A stretch of 18,922 nt of DNA, from the NCBI RefSeq assembly GCF_000621645.1, contig NZ_JHXR01000034.1, forward strand, positions 1 to 18,922, written 5' to 3'. The notes beneath the pieces were generated by a model that saw only the letters and a program-made list of their open reading frames with translations, was not told the DNA's origin and did no database searches. Below, in pieces: positions 1 to 10,443 of this stretch. How positions within the stretch are numbered: position 1 is the stretch's first letter; each line of letters opens with the position of its first letter. A program made the position numbers and the translations under genes. The DNA comes from Vibrio cholerae ATCC 14035 (GTDB lineage Bacteria > Pseudomonadota > Gammaproteobacteria > Enterobacterales > Vibrionaceae).

Positions 1-351
1 CTACGTGGTACTAAGCGTGAAGAAGTAGAGCGTGGTCAAGTACTGGCGAAGCCAGGTTCAATCACACCACACACTAAGTTCGAATCAGAAGTATACGTAC
101 TGTCAAAAGACGAAGGTGGCCGTCATACTCCATTCTTCAAAGGTTACCGTCCACAGTTCTACTTCCGTACAACTGACGTAACAGGCAGCATTGAGCTACC
201 AGAAGGCGTAGAAATGGTAATGCCAGGCGACAACGTGAAGATGGTTGTAGACCTGATTGCACCAATCGCGATGGACGAAGGTCTACGCTTCGCTATCCGT
301 GAAGGTGGCCGTACTGTAGGTGCTGGTGTTGTAGCTAAGATCATCGCTTAA
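1..351 (+). CDS. tuf: Elongation factor Tu, C-terminal 116 codons (5' end outside window)
   Basis: Frame 1 is open from nt 1 and translates [62 protein letters not shown]...[17 protein letters not shown], with stop TAA at 349-351. This matches EF-Tu domains II/III. Codon bias is that of a highly expressed gene. It is absent from the ORF track only because no start codon lies in the window. Confidence 0.97.
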   Translation, partial: LRGTKREEVERGQVLAKPGSITPHTKFESEVYVLSKDEGGRHTPFFKGYRPQFYFRTTDVTGSIELPEGVEMVMPGDNVKMVVDLIAPIAMDEGLRFAIREGGRTVGAGVVAKIIA

Positions 352-383
352 TCGCGTTAATCTTGCCGCGCAATGCTGCATCG

Positions 384-412
384 AAAAAGGGAAGCTTCGG
401 CTTCCCTTTTTC
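384..412 (+). terminator. Rho-independent terminator of tuf
   Basis: AAAAAGGGAAGC-UUCG-GCUUCCCUUUUU forms a perfect 12-bp stem (384-395 with 400-411) around a UUCG tetraloop and ends in a U-run. Confidence 0.85.
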
Positions 413-596
413 ATTTTTGGTTATAAGTCATCTTAGGCTTATATCTTCTTTTGGTTTTATCCCGCTCATAATCAAAACAACACATTAGCCTCGACCAAAT
501 GACCAGAGCGTTGGCGCTGCACTTTCAGTTGAGCATTTCTCTGTCTCATCGCCATTTTCTTATAACAATCCGATCTGAGCAAAATAGTAAACGCAG

Positions 597-625
597 TAGA
601 AATAAGAGTGATTCTCTTTTATTCT
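597..625 (+). promoter_or_regulatory. Putative bfd promoter with an AT-rich inverted repeat in the spacer (Fur-box-like)
   Basis: TAGAAA (597-602), a 17-bp spacer, then TATTCT (620-625). The spacer holds the inverted repeat AATAAGAG-N5-CTCTTTTATT (601-623). Only about 10 of 19 positions match the GATAATGATAATCATTATC Fur consensus in my hand alignment, so this is weak. Confidence 0.3.
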
Positions 626-653
626 TTGTTCATGAATGAAATGAGGTTGGGTT

Positions 654-842
654 ATGTACGTTTGTTTGTGTCATGGTGTCTCAGACAAAAAGATTAGGAG
701 ATTGGTTGCCGAACAGGGTATTACGGATATCAAGGGCATCAAGCGCTGTACAGCACTGGGTTCTCAGTGTGGTAAGTGTGTACGCCAAGCTAAAGAGATC
801 ATCGAAGAATCGCTGATTGCTCAGTTTAAACTGGCAAGTTAA
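654..842 (+). CDS. bfd: Bacterioferritin-associated ferredoxin (2Fe-2S)
   Basis: 62 aa beginning MYVCLCHGVSDKKIRRLV, later ...GSQCGKCV. It has the CxC...CxxC cysteine pattern of Bfd, lies directly upstream of bfr as in enterics, and has the SD GAGG at 643-646. Confidence 0.9.
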   Translation: MYVCLCHGVSDKKIRRLVAEQGITDIKGIKRCTALGSQCGKCVRQAKEIIEESLIAQFKLAS

Positions 843-859
843 GCACAGCTTCTTTTTGA

Positions 860-904
860 CTCTCCTCTAATTGGTTCTACAGTTAATAGAGCCAAAGAGG
901 AGGG
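860..904 (+). promoter_or_regulatory. Long intercistronic hairpin whose 3' arm contains the bfr Shine-Dalgarno
   Basis: 860-868 pairs with 896-904 (9 bp, one G-U). After a 2-nt bulge (869-870), 871-879 pairs with 887-895 (9 bp, one G-U). The loop is 880-886. The 3' arm is AAGAGGAGGG, the only SD for bfr (ATG 912). The structure is read directly from the sequence; its function is inferred. Confidence 0.5.
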
Positions 905-911
905 CTATGCT

Positions 912-1388
912 ATGAAAGGTGATCCAGTCATAATTCAACATCTCAATAAAGTACTGGCTAATGAGCTTATCGCCATCAATCAATACTTCTTACATGCACG
1001 CATGTATAAAGATTGGGGCTTGAAGCATCTTGCCGATAAGGAATACCACGAATCTATTGATGAGATGAAACACGCTGACCATATTGTGGAAAGAATCTTG
1101 TTTTTAGAGGGGATTCCCAATCTACAAGATCTTGGCAAACTGATGATTGGTGAAGATGTGCAAGAGATGTTGGAGTGCGATCTCAAACTTGAGTTGATTG
1201 CGATTCCTGATCTCAAAGAGGCGATCGCTTACGCCGAAAAAGTACGTGACTACGTTTCTCGTGATCTGTTCCAAGAGATCTTAGAAGATGAAGAAGAGCA
1301 TGTTGATTGGTTAGAAACTCAACTTGGTCTGATCGATATGACGGGTATCCAAAATTATCTGCAAGCTCAGTTTGTTGATGACGAATAA
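912..1388 (+). CDS. bfr: Bacterioferritin
   Basis: 158 aa. [37 protein letters not shown]...[12 protein letters not shown] aligns along its full length with enterobacterial Bfr in both length and ferroxidase-centre motifs. Confidence 0.96.
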   Translation: MKGDPVIIQHLNKVLANELIAINQYFLHARMYKDWGLKHLADKEYHESIDEMKHADHIVERILFLEGIPNLQDLGKLMIGEDVQEMLECDLKLELIAIPDLKEAIAYAEKVRDYVSRDLFQEILEDEEEHVDWLETQLGLIDMTGIQNYLQAQFVDDE

Positions 1389-1415
1389 TCCCCTGTACTA
1401 ACACATATCATTCCT

Positions 1416-1440
1416 AGGCAGAAAACGCGTTTTTCTGCCT
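1416..1440 (+). terminator. Hairpin downstream of bfr (possible terminator with a weak U-tract)
   Basis: AGGCAGAAAA-CGCG-UUUUUCUGCCU forms a stem of about 10 bp. No U-run follows the stem on either strand. Confidence 0.4.
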
Positions 1441-1472
1441 AACCGCTTCCTGTTTCTCCCTCGATAATTTCC

Positions 1473-1501
1473 TTGCTAAAGCTGCTTCCTTTCTGTACTA
1501 T
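1473..1501 (+). promoter_or_regulatory. Candidate sigma-70 promoter of the rpsF operon
   Basis: TTGCTA (1473-1478), a 17-bp spacer, then TACTAT (1496-1501), about 100 nt upstream of rpsF. This is a sequence-pattern match only. Confidence 0.35.
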
Positions 1502-1599
1502 TCCCGCTCCTTAATTCTCGGTCAATTATCATTAGTTCCTTGCTTCCTCTGGATGACCGGGCCAACTCTGGAAGCTGAATAATCCGTAAGGAGCAAATA

Positions 1600-1968
1600 A
1601 TGCGTCATTACGAAATCGTATTCATGGTGCACCCAGATCAAAGCGAGCAAGTTGCTGGCATGATCGAACGTTACACTGGCTCAATCACTGAAGCTGGCGG
1701 TAAAATCCACCGTCTAGAAGATTGGGGTCGCCGTCAACTGGCTTACCCAATCAACAAACTGCACAAAGCTCACTACGTTCTGATGAACGTTGAAGCTGAC
1801 CAAGCAGTGGTTGATGAGCTAGAAACTGCTTTCCGTTTCAACGATGCAGTTCTGCGTAACATGATCATGCGTACTAAAGCTGCTATTACTGAACCTTCAA
1901 TCATGCTGAAAGCTCGTGAAGAGCGTGTAAAGCGTGACGAGATGAAGTTCGACGCAGACGTTGAGTAA
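1600..1968 (+). CDS. rpsF: 30S ribosomal protein S6
   Basis: [18 protein letters not shown]...[11 protein letters not shown] is canonical S6. SD AAGGAG at 1588-1593. First gene of the conserved rpsF-priB-rpsR-rplI operon. Confidence 0.97.
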   Translation: MRHYEIVFMVHPDQSEQVAGMIERYTGSITEAGGKIHRLEDWGRRQLAYPINKLHKAHYVLMNVEADQAVVDELETAFRFNDAVLRNMIMRTKAAITEPSIMLKAREERVKRDEMKFDADVE

Positions 1969-1975
1969 TGGTTTG

Positions 1976-2278
1976 ATGACCAATCGAATCGAGTTGAGCG
2001 GCGTTGTCGCAAAGGCTCTGGTTCGAAGCCAAAGTCCATCGGGTGTTAAACATTGCCATTTTTGGCTAGAGCATCGCTCTACGATGGTAGAAGCTGACCT
2101 CCCAAGACAAGTTTTTTGTCGATTACCTGTGGTGGTGAGTGGGGCTAGGTCAGAAGCGTTAACTCAAAACTTAGTACAAGGCAGTAGCATTTTGGTAAGT
2201 GGTTTTTTGGCTTACCAAACCAGCCGAAATGGCGTAGGTAAATTAGTGCTGCATGCCGACAAAATTTCTCAAATATAG
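1976..2278 (+). CDS. priB: Primosomal replication protein N (PriB)
   Basis: MTNRIELSGVV...SPSGVKHCHFWLEHRS...LVLHADKI aligns with E. coli PriB (MTNRLVLSGTV...). The track ORF opens at a TTG (1961) that overlaps the rpsF stop; the ATG at 1976 matches the E. coli N-terminus. Confidence 0.9.
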   Translation: MTNRIELSGVVAKALVRSQSPSGVKHCHFWLEHRSTMVEADLPRQVFCRLPVVVSGARSEALTQNLVQGSSILVSGFLAYQTSRNGVGKLVLHADKISQI

Positions 2279-2290
2279 ATCAGGAGATAG

Positions 2291-2521
<231 letters not shown>

Positions 2522-2554
2522 TTGGCACCGTTTATTAAGAAAGAGGATTAAGCA

Positions 2555-3004
2555 ATGCAAGTTATTCTACTTGATAAAATCGGTAACCTAGGCAGCCTTG
2601 GCGATACAGTAAACGTTAAATCTGGTTACGCTCGTAACTTCCTTATCCCACAAGGTAAGGCAGTAATGGCAACTAAAGCTAACGTTGCAATGTTTGAAAG
2701 CCGTCGTGCAGAGCTGGAAGCAAAAGTTGCTGAGCAACTGGCTGCCGCTCAAACTCGCGCTGACCAAGTTAACGCTCTGGAAGCAGTTGTTATTGCTTCT
2801 AAAGCAGGTGACGAAGGTAAACTGTTCGGTTCTATCGGTACTCGTGATATCGCTGATGCAATCACTGCAGCTGGCGTTAAAGTATCTAAGAGCGAAGTTC
2901 GCCTACCTGAAGGTGCTCTGCGCAACGTTGGTGCTTACGAAGTTAGCGTTCAACTTCACTCTGAAGTGTTCGCAACTGCAAAAGTACAAGTTGTTGCTGA
3001 GTAA
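2555..3004 (+). CDS. rplI: 50S ribosomal protein L9
   Basis: [37 protein letters not shown]... is canonical L9, 149 aa, with SD AGAGGA upstream. Confidence 0.97.
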
Positions 3005-3025
3005 TTTCAGTTACTGACGAATACG

Positions 3026-3054
3026 AAAACACCAGCTTCGGCTGGTGTTTTTTT
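3026..3054. terminator. Bidirectional Rho-independent terminator between rplI and the convergent OMP gene
   Basis: AAAACACCAGC-UUCG-GCUGGUGUUUUUUU. The stem runs 3026-3036 with 3041-3051, the loop is UUCG, and the + strand U-run ends at 3054. The A-run on the 5' side gives the - strand a shorter UUUU tail. Confidence 0.88.
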
Positions 3055-3065
3055 ATGGGTAGCAT

Positions 3066-3830
3066 TTAAAACTCAAACAGTAGATTAACCGAAATCACGC
3101 TGTCTGCTTTGCTTAATCCTTCCGGCACTCGGTTATGGTATTGGCGTGATTGGCGAATTTTTAAGGCAATGTGGTCAGTGATGTCGTTGGTTAAACTGAT
3201 ATTGCTATCAAGACTGGTGTTACTTCGCCCTGAAACCATGGTCATTTCTGCCTCAAATCTGAGGTTGTTTAAAGCTTGCCACTCAGCTTTAAGATTGCTA
3301 CGAAATATCGCTTCCTGAACGAGATCGGGAAAAACGATATCGTCATCATCAATTTCGTCTAGGTTGGGTTTTTGGTAGCGAAAGCCAGGCCCTAACTCCA
3401 GCTCTAAAACCATCTCATCGGTATATGCGAATTGATAACCGAGCCCTCCTGATAGGGTATGGTCTTTGAAATAAGCGGTGTAACGCGAGTTGGTGCCGTA
3501 AAAGCTGCCGTATAAATACGTCTTCGGTCCGAGTTTATAGTCGCTTTGGAAGGCGAAGGTGGACTGGCGTTTATCTTCTTTGCCATTTTTATCAAGCTTA
3601 TAAAACTTCCACTCCCCATAAGTACGGTGACGACCCATGGTATATTCCGATTTTAAGCGTGAATTGAGTGACTCTGACTCGGTATTACCGGAGTGCGCCT
3701 GATAGCCAAACTCGACTTGATGCTTCCAAGGAGAGGGAATGCTGATGTCCGTATCCTGATTAGAATTTTCATTGGCTTGCGCTACTGTTGACAGCATCAA
3801 GCTAATGCCTAAAAGCCATTTGGTGGACAC
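3066..3830 (-). CDS. DUF481/YdiY-like outer-membrane beta-barrel protein
   Basis: The signal peptide STKWLLGISLMLSTVAQA|NEN is followed by alternating beta-strand-like segments and a C-terminal ...NLLFEF (terminal aromatic). The FGYQAHSGNTES... region resembles the DUF481 family from memory. The track ORF extends to 3875 (ATG). I prefer GTG 3830 because AAGAGG sits 5 nt upstream of it and the N-terminus then begins at the signal peptide. Confidence 0.6.
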   Translation of the reverse strand: MSTKWLLGISLMLSTVAQANENSNQDTDISIPSPWKHQVEFGYQAHSGNTESESLNSRLKSEYTMGRHRTYGEWKFYKLDKNGKEDKRQSTFAFQSDYKLGPKTYLYGSFYGTNSRYTAYFKDHTLSGGLGYQFAYTDEMVLELELGPGFRYQKPNLDEIDDDDIVFPDLVQEAIFRSNLKAEWQALNNLRFEAEMTMVSGRSNTSLDSNISLTNDITDHIALKIRQSRQYHNRVPEGLSKADSVISVNLLFEF

Positions 3831-3940
3831 AACAACCTCTTTGATCACTATTGAGGTGGCATAGTAAAAATTCATTACTGAGTTTGGGTCAACCCTAGGT
3901 CAATTCTGGTTAGGCGGCGCACAAACTTGCGTTGCTTTAA

Positions 3941-3967
3941 TTACAAATGACGGATTCTCGTTATAAT
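3941..3967 (+). promoter_or_regulatory. Candidate dnaB promoter
   Basis: Perfect -10 TATAAT at 3962-3967. TTACAA at 3941-3946 gives a short 15-bp spacer. The site lies 34 nt upstream of the dnaB ATG. Confidence 0.35.
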
Positions 3968-4000
3968 GACGGACATTCAAACGTTACTTAAAGCGAAGTC

Positions 4001-5407
4001 ATGGCAGATCCACGTACTGATAATCGAAACCGTAAAATTCCCGACGCACAAGTCGATGCAATTAAAGTCCCACCGCATTCATTAGAAGCTGAGCAATCCG
4101 TCATTGGTGGACTGCTTCTCGACAATGAACGTTGGGATACGGTTTCTGAGCACGTGATGACTCAGGACTTCTACAGCCGCCCGCATCGTTTGATTTTTGA
4201 CGGGGTAAAATCGATTTTAGAGGCGGGTAAACCGCTCGATCTCATCACCTTGTCCGAATATCTTGAGCAGCGTGAGCAGTTGGAAGATGTCGGTGGCTTT
4301 GCCTATTTGGCCGATTTGGCCAAAAACACGCCCAGTGCCGCCAACATTAATGCCTATGCGGAGATTGTGGCCGAACGGGCTTTGGTGCGTAATCTGATCG
4401 GTGTTGCCAATGAGATTGCCGATGCGGGATACGATCCTCAAGGGCGCAACGCTGAAGATTTGCTGGATCTGGCGGAAAGTAAAGTTTTTGCGATTGCCGA
4501 AGCACGTACCAGTGAAAACGAAGGCCCGAAAAACGTGGATAGCATTCTAGAGCGCACGCTAGAGCGGATTGAGCTGCTCTACAAAACGCCACAGGATGGG
4601 GTCACTGGGGTGAACACGGGCTTTACCGACCTGAATAAAAAGACGGCTGGTTTGCAAGGCTCTGATCTGATCATCGTCGCAGCGCGTCCTTCGATGGGTA
4701 AAACCACTTTTGCGATGAACCTGTGTGAAAACGCCGCGATGGAGCAAGATAAACCTGTGCTGATCTTCTCGCTGGAGATGCCCGCCGAACAGATCATGAT
4801 GCGTATGCTGGCCTCGTTATCTCGTGTCGACCAAACCAAAATTCGTACCGGTCAACTGGATGATGAAGATTGGGCGCGTATCTCTTCCACCATGGGTATT
4901 CTCATGGAGAAGAAGAACATGTACATCGATGATAGCTCAGGTCTAACCCCCACCGAAGTTCGCTCGCGTGCCCGACGCATTGCTCGTGAACACGGAGGCT
5001 TGTCGCTCATCATGGTCGACTATTTACAGCTGATGCGTGTACCGGCATTGACCGATAACCGTACACTGGAAATTGCTGAAATTTCTCGCTCACTCAAAGC
5101 GTTAGCTAAAGAATTGAATGTGCCCGTGGTTGCGCTTTCGCAGTTGAACCGTTCTTTGGAGCAGCGTGCGGATAAGCGTCCAGTCAACTCGGATCTGCGT
5201 GAATCAGGTTCGATTGAGCAGGATGCTGACTTGATCATGTTTATCTATCGAGATGAGGTGTATCACCCAGATAGTCCGCTAAAAGGCACGGCGGAAATCA
5301 TTATTGGTAAGCAACGTAACGGCCCGATTGGTTCGGTGCGTTTGACTTTCCAAGGTCACTATTCTCGTTTCGACAACTATGCTGGACCTGCATTTGACGA
5401 TGAGTAA
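4001..5407 (+). CDS. dnaB: Replicative DNA helicase DnaB
   Basis: 468 aa. [19 protein letters not shown], Walker [11 protein letters not shown], and ...SRFDNYAGP give a full-length match to the DnaB family. Confidence 0.97.
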   Translation: MADPRTDNRNRKIPDAQVDAIKVPPHSLEAEQSVIGGLLLDNERWDTVSEHVMTQDFYSRPHRLIFDGVKSILEAGKPLDLITLSEYLEQREQLEDVGGFAYLADLAKNTPSAANINAYAEIVAERALVRNLIGVANEIADAGYDPQGRNAEDLLDLAESKVFAIAEARTSENEGPKNVDSILERTLERIELLYKTPQDGVTGVNTGFTDLNKKTAGLQGSDLIIVAARPSMGKTTFAMNLCENAAMEQDKPVLIFSLEMPAEQIMMRMLASLSRVDQTKIRTGQLDDEDWARISSTMGILMEKKNMYIDDSSGLTPTEVRSRARRIAREHGGLSLIMVDYLQLMRVPALTDNRTLEIAEISRSLKALAKELNVPVVALSQLNRSLEQRADKRPVNSDLRESGSIEQDADLIMFIYRDEVYHPDSPLKGTAEIIIGKQRNGPIGSVRLTFQGHYSRFDNYAGPAFDDE

Positions 5408-5420
5408 TTCGATGAACTAT

Positions 5421-6506
5421 ATGAAGGCGGCCACCGCCTACATCAATTTAGAGGCGTTGCAGCACAACTTGCAGCGCGTTAAGCAGCAAGCGCCAGAGAG
5501 TAAAATCATGGCGGTGGTGAAAGCCAATGGTTATGGACACGGGCTGCGCCATATCGCACGTCACGCCCTTGGGGCGGATGCCTTTGGCGTGGCGCGCATT
5601 GAAGAGGCTTTACAGCTGCGCGCCAGTGGCGTAGTGAAACCCATTTTGTTGCTTGAGGGATTTTATTCTCCCGGTGATTTGCCAGTATTGGTTACCAACA
5701 ACATCCAGACCGTCGTGCATTGTGAAGAGCAGTTACAAGCGCTAGAGCAAGCTCAGCTAGAGACTCCGGTCATGGTATGGCTGAAAGTCGACAGTGGGAT
5801 GCATCGGTTAGGGGTTCGCCCTGAACAATATCAAGATTTCGTGGCTCGTTTGCACCAGTGCGATAATGTGGCTAAACCACTGCGTTACATGAGCCATTTC
5901 GGCTGTGCCGATGAGTTAGATAAATCGACGACGGTAGAGCAAACGGAACTGTTTTTATCCCTGACACAAGGCTGTCAGGGTGAGCGTTCGCTGGCCGCTT
6001 CTGCCGGATTATTAGCTTGGCCGCAAAGCCAGCTTGAATGGGTAAGGCCGGGAATTATTATGTACGGCGTTTCTCCCTTTGTGGAAAAGAGCGCGGTTCA
6101 GTTAGGTTACCAGCCAGTGATGACCTTAAAGTCGCACTTGATCGCTGTCCGTGAAGTGAAAGCGGGGGAGAGTGTCGGTTATGGCGGTACTTGGACCAGC
6201 CAGCGAGATACCAAAATTGGTGTGATTGCGATTGGTTATGGTGATGGCTATCCACGCACTGCGCCGAATGGGACACCAGTGGTTGTCAATGGGCGTCGGG
6301 TGCCGATTGCTGGGCGCGTATCTATGGATATGTTGACGGTAGATTTAGGGCCGGATGCTTGCGATCGCGTCGGTGATGAAGCCATGCTGTGGGGTAATGA
6401 GCTGCCCGTAGAAGAAGTGGCCGCGCATATTGGTACGATAGGGTATGAGTTAGTGACGAAACTCACCTCGCGAGTGGAAATGTCTTATTATGGAGCAGGC
6501 GTTTAG
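5421..6506 (+). CDS. alr: Alanine racemase (biosynthetic)
   Basis: [20 protein letters not shown]...[11 protein letters not shown] contains the PLP-lysine motif. It follows dnaB as in E. coli. The track ORF opens at 5379 inside dnaB; ATG 5421 matches the E. coli MQAAT N-terminus, and ATG 5412 remains possible. Confidence 0.93.
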   Translation: MKAATAYINLEALQHNLQRVKQQAPESKIMAVVKANGYGHGLRHIARHALGADAFGVARIEEALQLRASGVVKPILLLEGFYSPGDLPVLVTNNIQTVVHCEEQLQALEQAQLETPVMVWLKVDSGMHRLGVRPEQYQDFVARLHQCDNVAKPLRYMSHFGCADELDKSTTVEQTELFLSLTQGCQGERSLAASAGLLAWPQSQLEWVRPGIIMYGVSPFVEKSAVQLGYQPVMTLKSHLIAVREVKAGESVGYGGTWTSQRDTKIGVIAIGYGDGYPRTAPNGTPVVVNGRRVPIAGRVSMDMLTVDLGPDACDRVGDEAMLWGNELPVEEVAAHIGTIGYELVTKLTSRVEMSYYGAGV

Positions 6507-6589
6507 CCTGCTTTGTGTTGTCCGTGCATGACCACCGCTCATCGCGGTGGCCAGACATGTCACTCTTCTTCTCTTGCACTCTTTGGGCG

Positions 6590-7009
6590 TTACTCGCCTT
6601 GAATGGTCGCAATCAACCTTCTTATTCCGCCGTGATTGCGATGCTCACCCAAATAGATACCTTGCCAAGTACCGAGCGCTAACCTGCCTTGTTGAATGGG
6701 AATGCTGACGCTACATCCAAGTAGTGAAGACTTGATGTGCGCGGGCATATCATCATTGCCCTCATCAATGTGCCGATAATAAGGCGCCCCTTCAGGAGCA
6801 GCGTGGTTAAAATGGGCTTCCATATCTTGGCGCACCGTCGGATCGGCATTCTCATTGATGGTGAGACTTGCCGAAGTATGCTGTACAAATAAATGTAATA
6901 AACCGACATTTAGTCTTTTGATTTGCGGCAATTGTTGTTCAATTTCATCAGTGATCAGATGAAAACCACGTGCTCGTGGGCGTAACTGGATGGTGTGCTG
7001 ATGCCACAT
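6590..7009 (-). CDS. yjbQ: YjbQ/UPF0047 family protein (secondary thiamine-phosphate synthase-like)
   Basis: 139 aa. [23 protein letters not shown]...[14 protein letters not shown]...[11 protein letters not shown] is collinear with E. coli YjbQ as I recall it. Confidence 0.8.
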   Translation of the reverse strand: MWHQHTIQLRPRARGFHLITDEIEQQLPQIKRLNVGLLHLFVQHTSASLTINENADPTVRQDMEAHFNHAAPEGAPYYRHIDEGNDDMPAHIKSSLLGCSVSIPIQQGRLALGTWQGIYLGEHRNHGGIRRLIATIQGE

Positions 7010-7266
7010 AAAGCCCGCTCCTTAAGTGTATTGGCAAAGTGAAGGTTTAAGGGTAAGGTGAGCGACAGAAATTACCAGACAAAAATGAGTGACGGTCGGT
7101 GTTTACGTGACCTATCGCAAAGTGGGTGTCAATGAGTTCGCTCATAATGATGCACTGAAAATTAATTACATGTGATTCCGGCGCGGAATACTCATTTTTA
7201 ACCTATTCTTTTTGCTTAAATCGGGGATTCCAACGTTAAAGCTCCGCCTTTAGCGTACTGGAATAA

Positions 7267-8946
<1,680 letters not shown>

Positions 8947-8972
8947 TTACGCCGAATAAACAATTGATAGAC

Positions 8973-9003
8973 AAGGCCTTACCTGTGCAGTAAGGCCTTT
9001 TTC
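8973..9003 (+). terminator. Rho-independent terminator of pgi
   Basis: AAGGCCUUAC-CUGUGCA-GUAAGGCCUU forms a 10-bp stem followed by UUUUU (8998-9002). Confidence 0.88.
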
Positions 9004-9148
9004 TTGTCTTTGAGTTTCTCTGTACGTGGCGAAGTTCCTTTTTTGTATTGCCATTGAAAGTTCATTTTTCCTACCGATTTGGTCATAAAACAGACATGCA
9101 GCAGGGTTTAACTAAACGCACTGTCAGAGTGATAGGGCTTATGCTGGT

Positions 9149-10327
9149 ATGTCAGAAACGGCCATTCAGACTAAAACACAAACACGTCAACGCAAGGTGT
9201 TTGCTCACCACCATGTTCAACACTATCGCTCGCAGTTAGAGCGCCGGATCTCCCACTCACCTCAATTTCGACAGGGCAAAGTGATCAACGCTATGCCTCA
9301 TATTACCGCTACACCATCATGGTGGCAGACAGCTTGGAGTTACTTTGGGGGGAGAGCTCAGCTCAAGCCTAATGCTCAGTTGCCCGTAGCACCTCTCAAC
9401 CTGCAAGCTTTGCAAACACGCAGCCAGGCACTTCGAGTCACTTGGCTTGGACACTCTAGTTTGTTTATTGAAGTCGATGGGCTACGAGTATTGACCGATC
9501 CGGTGTTTGATTACGCTTCGCCTTGGATTGCGAAAGCGTGGTTTGCCAGAAACCTGCCTAATAGTGGTGTGCGGGAGCAGTTACCACTGCCGGATGTGAT
9601 TGTGATCTCTCACGATCATTATGACCATTTAGAGCAGGCCAGTGTTGTCTATTATGCCGCGCATTCGGTCACCTTCTATGTTCCGCTGGGTGTCGGGCAG
9701 CATTTGATTCGCTGGGGAGTCTCCCCTGAACGAATTATCGAATTCGATTGGTGGGAGCAGATAAAACGAGAAGGCGTCGAGTTTATCTGTACTCCAGCTA
9801 ATCACAATTCAGGACGTTATTATCTCGATCATAATGCGACCTTGTGGTGTTCATGGGTCATAAAAGGCCATCAAGAAACACTCTATTTCAGTGGTGATAG
9901 TGCCTATGATACACATTTTGCAAAGATTGCTGAGCGCTGTGGGCCGATTGATTTGGCTTGTCTAGAAGTGGCCGCCGATGTTAAGCAGCACCAAGGTTAT
10001 CCCGTTGAAAATTGGGGACACATGCAGGCGAAACACACAGTTCAAGCCTTTCGCGACTTACAAGCCCAAAAACTGCTGCCGATTCACTGGGCGACTTATG
10101 AGTTGTTTACCCACCAATGGGATGAGCCGATTGCCGATCTGGTTAAGCATTGCCAAGAGCAGTCGATCACTTTGCTAACCCCAATGGCAGGAGAGAGCCT
10201 AACCATGGCAAACCACAGCGCAAACCACGCTTGGTGGCAAGGTTTAGACACTGAACCCACGAGTGGTGCTCGATATTGGCAAATGGGCTTAGCGTGTTCT
10301 TTATTATTGCTGCTGATGGTGGTGTAA
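9149..10327 (+). CDS. MBL-fold metallo-hydrolase (COG2220-like) with a hydrophobic C-terminal tail
   Basis: 392 aa. The core starts at LRVTWLGHSSLFIEVDGLRVLTDPVF. The metal motif HDHYDH is at aa 155-160 (nt 9611-9628). No clear SD precedes ATG 9149, so the start is uncertain. Confidence 0.7.
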   Translation: MSETAIQTKTQTRQRKVFAHHHVQHYRSQLERRISHSPQFRQGKVINAMPHITATPSWWQTAWSYFGGRAQLKPNAQLPVAPLNLQALQTRSQALRVTWLGHSSLFIEVDGLRVLTDPVFDYASPWIAKAWFARNLPNSGVREQLPLPDVIVISHDHYDHLEQASVVYYAAHSVTFYVPLGVGQHLIRWGVSPERIIEFDWWEQIKREGVEFICTPANHNSGRYYLDHNATLWCSWVIKGHQETLYFSGDSAYDTHFAKIAERCGPIDLACLEVAADVKQHQGYPVENWGHMQAKHTVQAFRDLQAQKLLPIHWATYELFTHQWDEPIADLVKHCQEQSITLLTPMAGESLTMANHSANHAWWQGLDTEPTSGARYWQMGLACSLLLLLMVV

Positions 10328-10364
10328 ATCTCACCCCCAGTGCCCGGGGATAGCAGATAAAACA

Positions 10365-10388
10365 AAACCGGACAAATATGTCCGGTTT
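10365..10388. terminator. Hairpin terminator shared by the convergent MBL gene and the zur-cheX-like operon
   Basis: AAACCGGACA-AAUA-UGUCCGGUUU forms a 10-bp stem. The - strand reading is followed by UUUUGUUUU; the + strand reading is followed only by UUU. Confidence 0.65.
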
Positions 10389-10443
10389 AATCAAGAGCAT
10401 TGAGAGCGATGAACTAATAGTGGCTTCCAACGTGAGCGCTGAA

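Noticed and set aside
2685-3017. 110-aa alternative-frame + strand ORF inside rplI
   Set aside because: It is an out-of-frame product of a strongly codon-biased ribosomal gene. The L/K/Q-rich nonsense-like sequence has no independent start context.
4217-5238. Five - strand ORFs of 62-86 aa inside dnaB (4217-4441, 4347-4592, 4559-4747, 4579-4839, 5020-5238)
   Set aside because: All lie antisense within a full-length, well-conserved dnaB. Their translations are low-complexity (R/S/P-rich), and they have no SD or promoter signals. These are typical shadow ORFs.
5379-5420. Extended alr start overlapping dnaB by 29 nt
   Set aside because: The conserved Alr N-terminus begins at MKAAT (5421). The upstream 14 codons are just the dnaB 3' end read in another frame.
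6532-6550. GC-rich hairpin CCACCGC-N5-GCGGUGG between convergent alr and yjbQ
   Set aside because: The hairpin is real, but no U-run follows it on either strand. It may aid 3'-end stability, but I cannot call it a terminator. Its similarity to the 11691-11704 hairpin is limited to a short GC motif.
7175-7189. Inverted repeat ATTCCG-GCG-CGGAAT upstream of pgi as an operator
   Set aside because: A 6-bp inverted repeat with a short spacer is expected many times by chance in 19 kb. It matches no operator consensus that I recognise (CRP, LacI/GalR, SoxS).
9048-9239. 63-aa ORF (TTG start) overlapping the start of the MBL hydrolase gene
   Set aside because: It has a non-ATG start and no SD, begins about 45 nt downstream of the pgi terminator, and has a basic, unstructured translation. 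It is most likely spurious.
10270-10327. C-terminal tail of the MBL hydrolase as a GlyGly-CTERM/rhombosortase sorting signal
   Set aside because: There is no Gly-Gly motif before the hydrophobic stretch, no basic cluster after it, and no N-terminal signal peptide.
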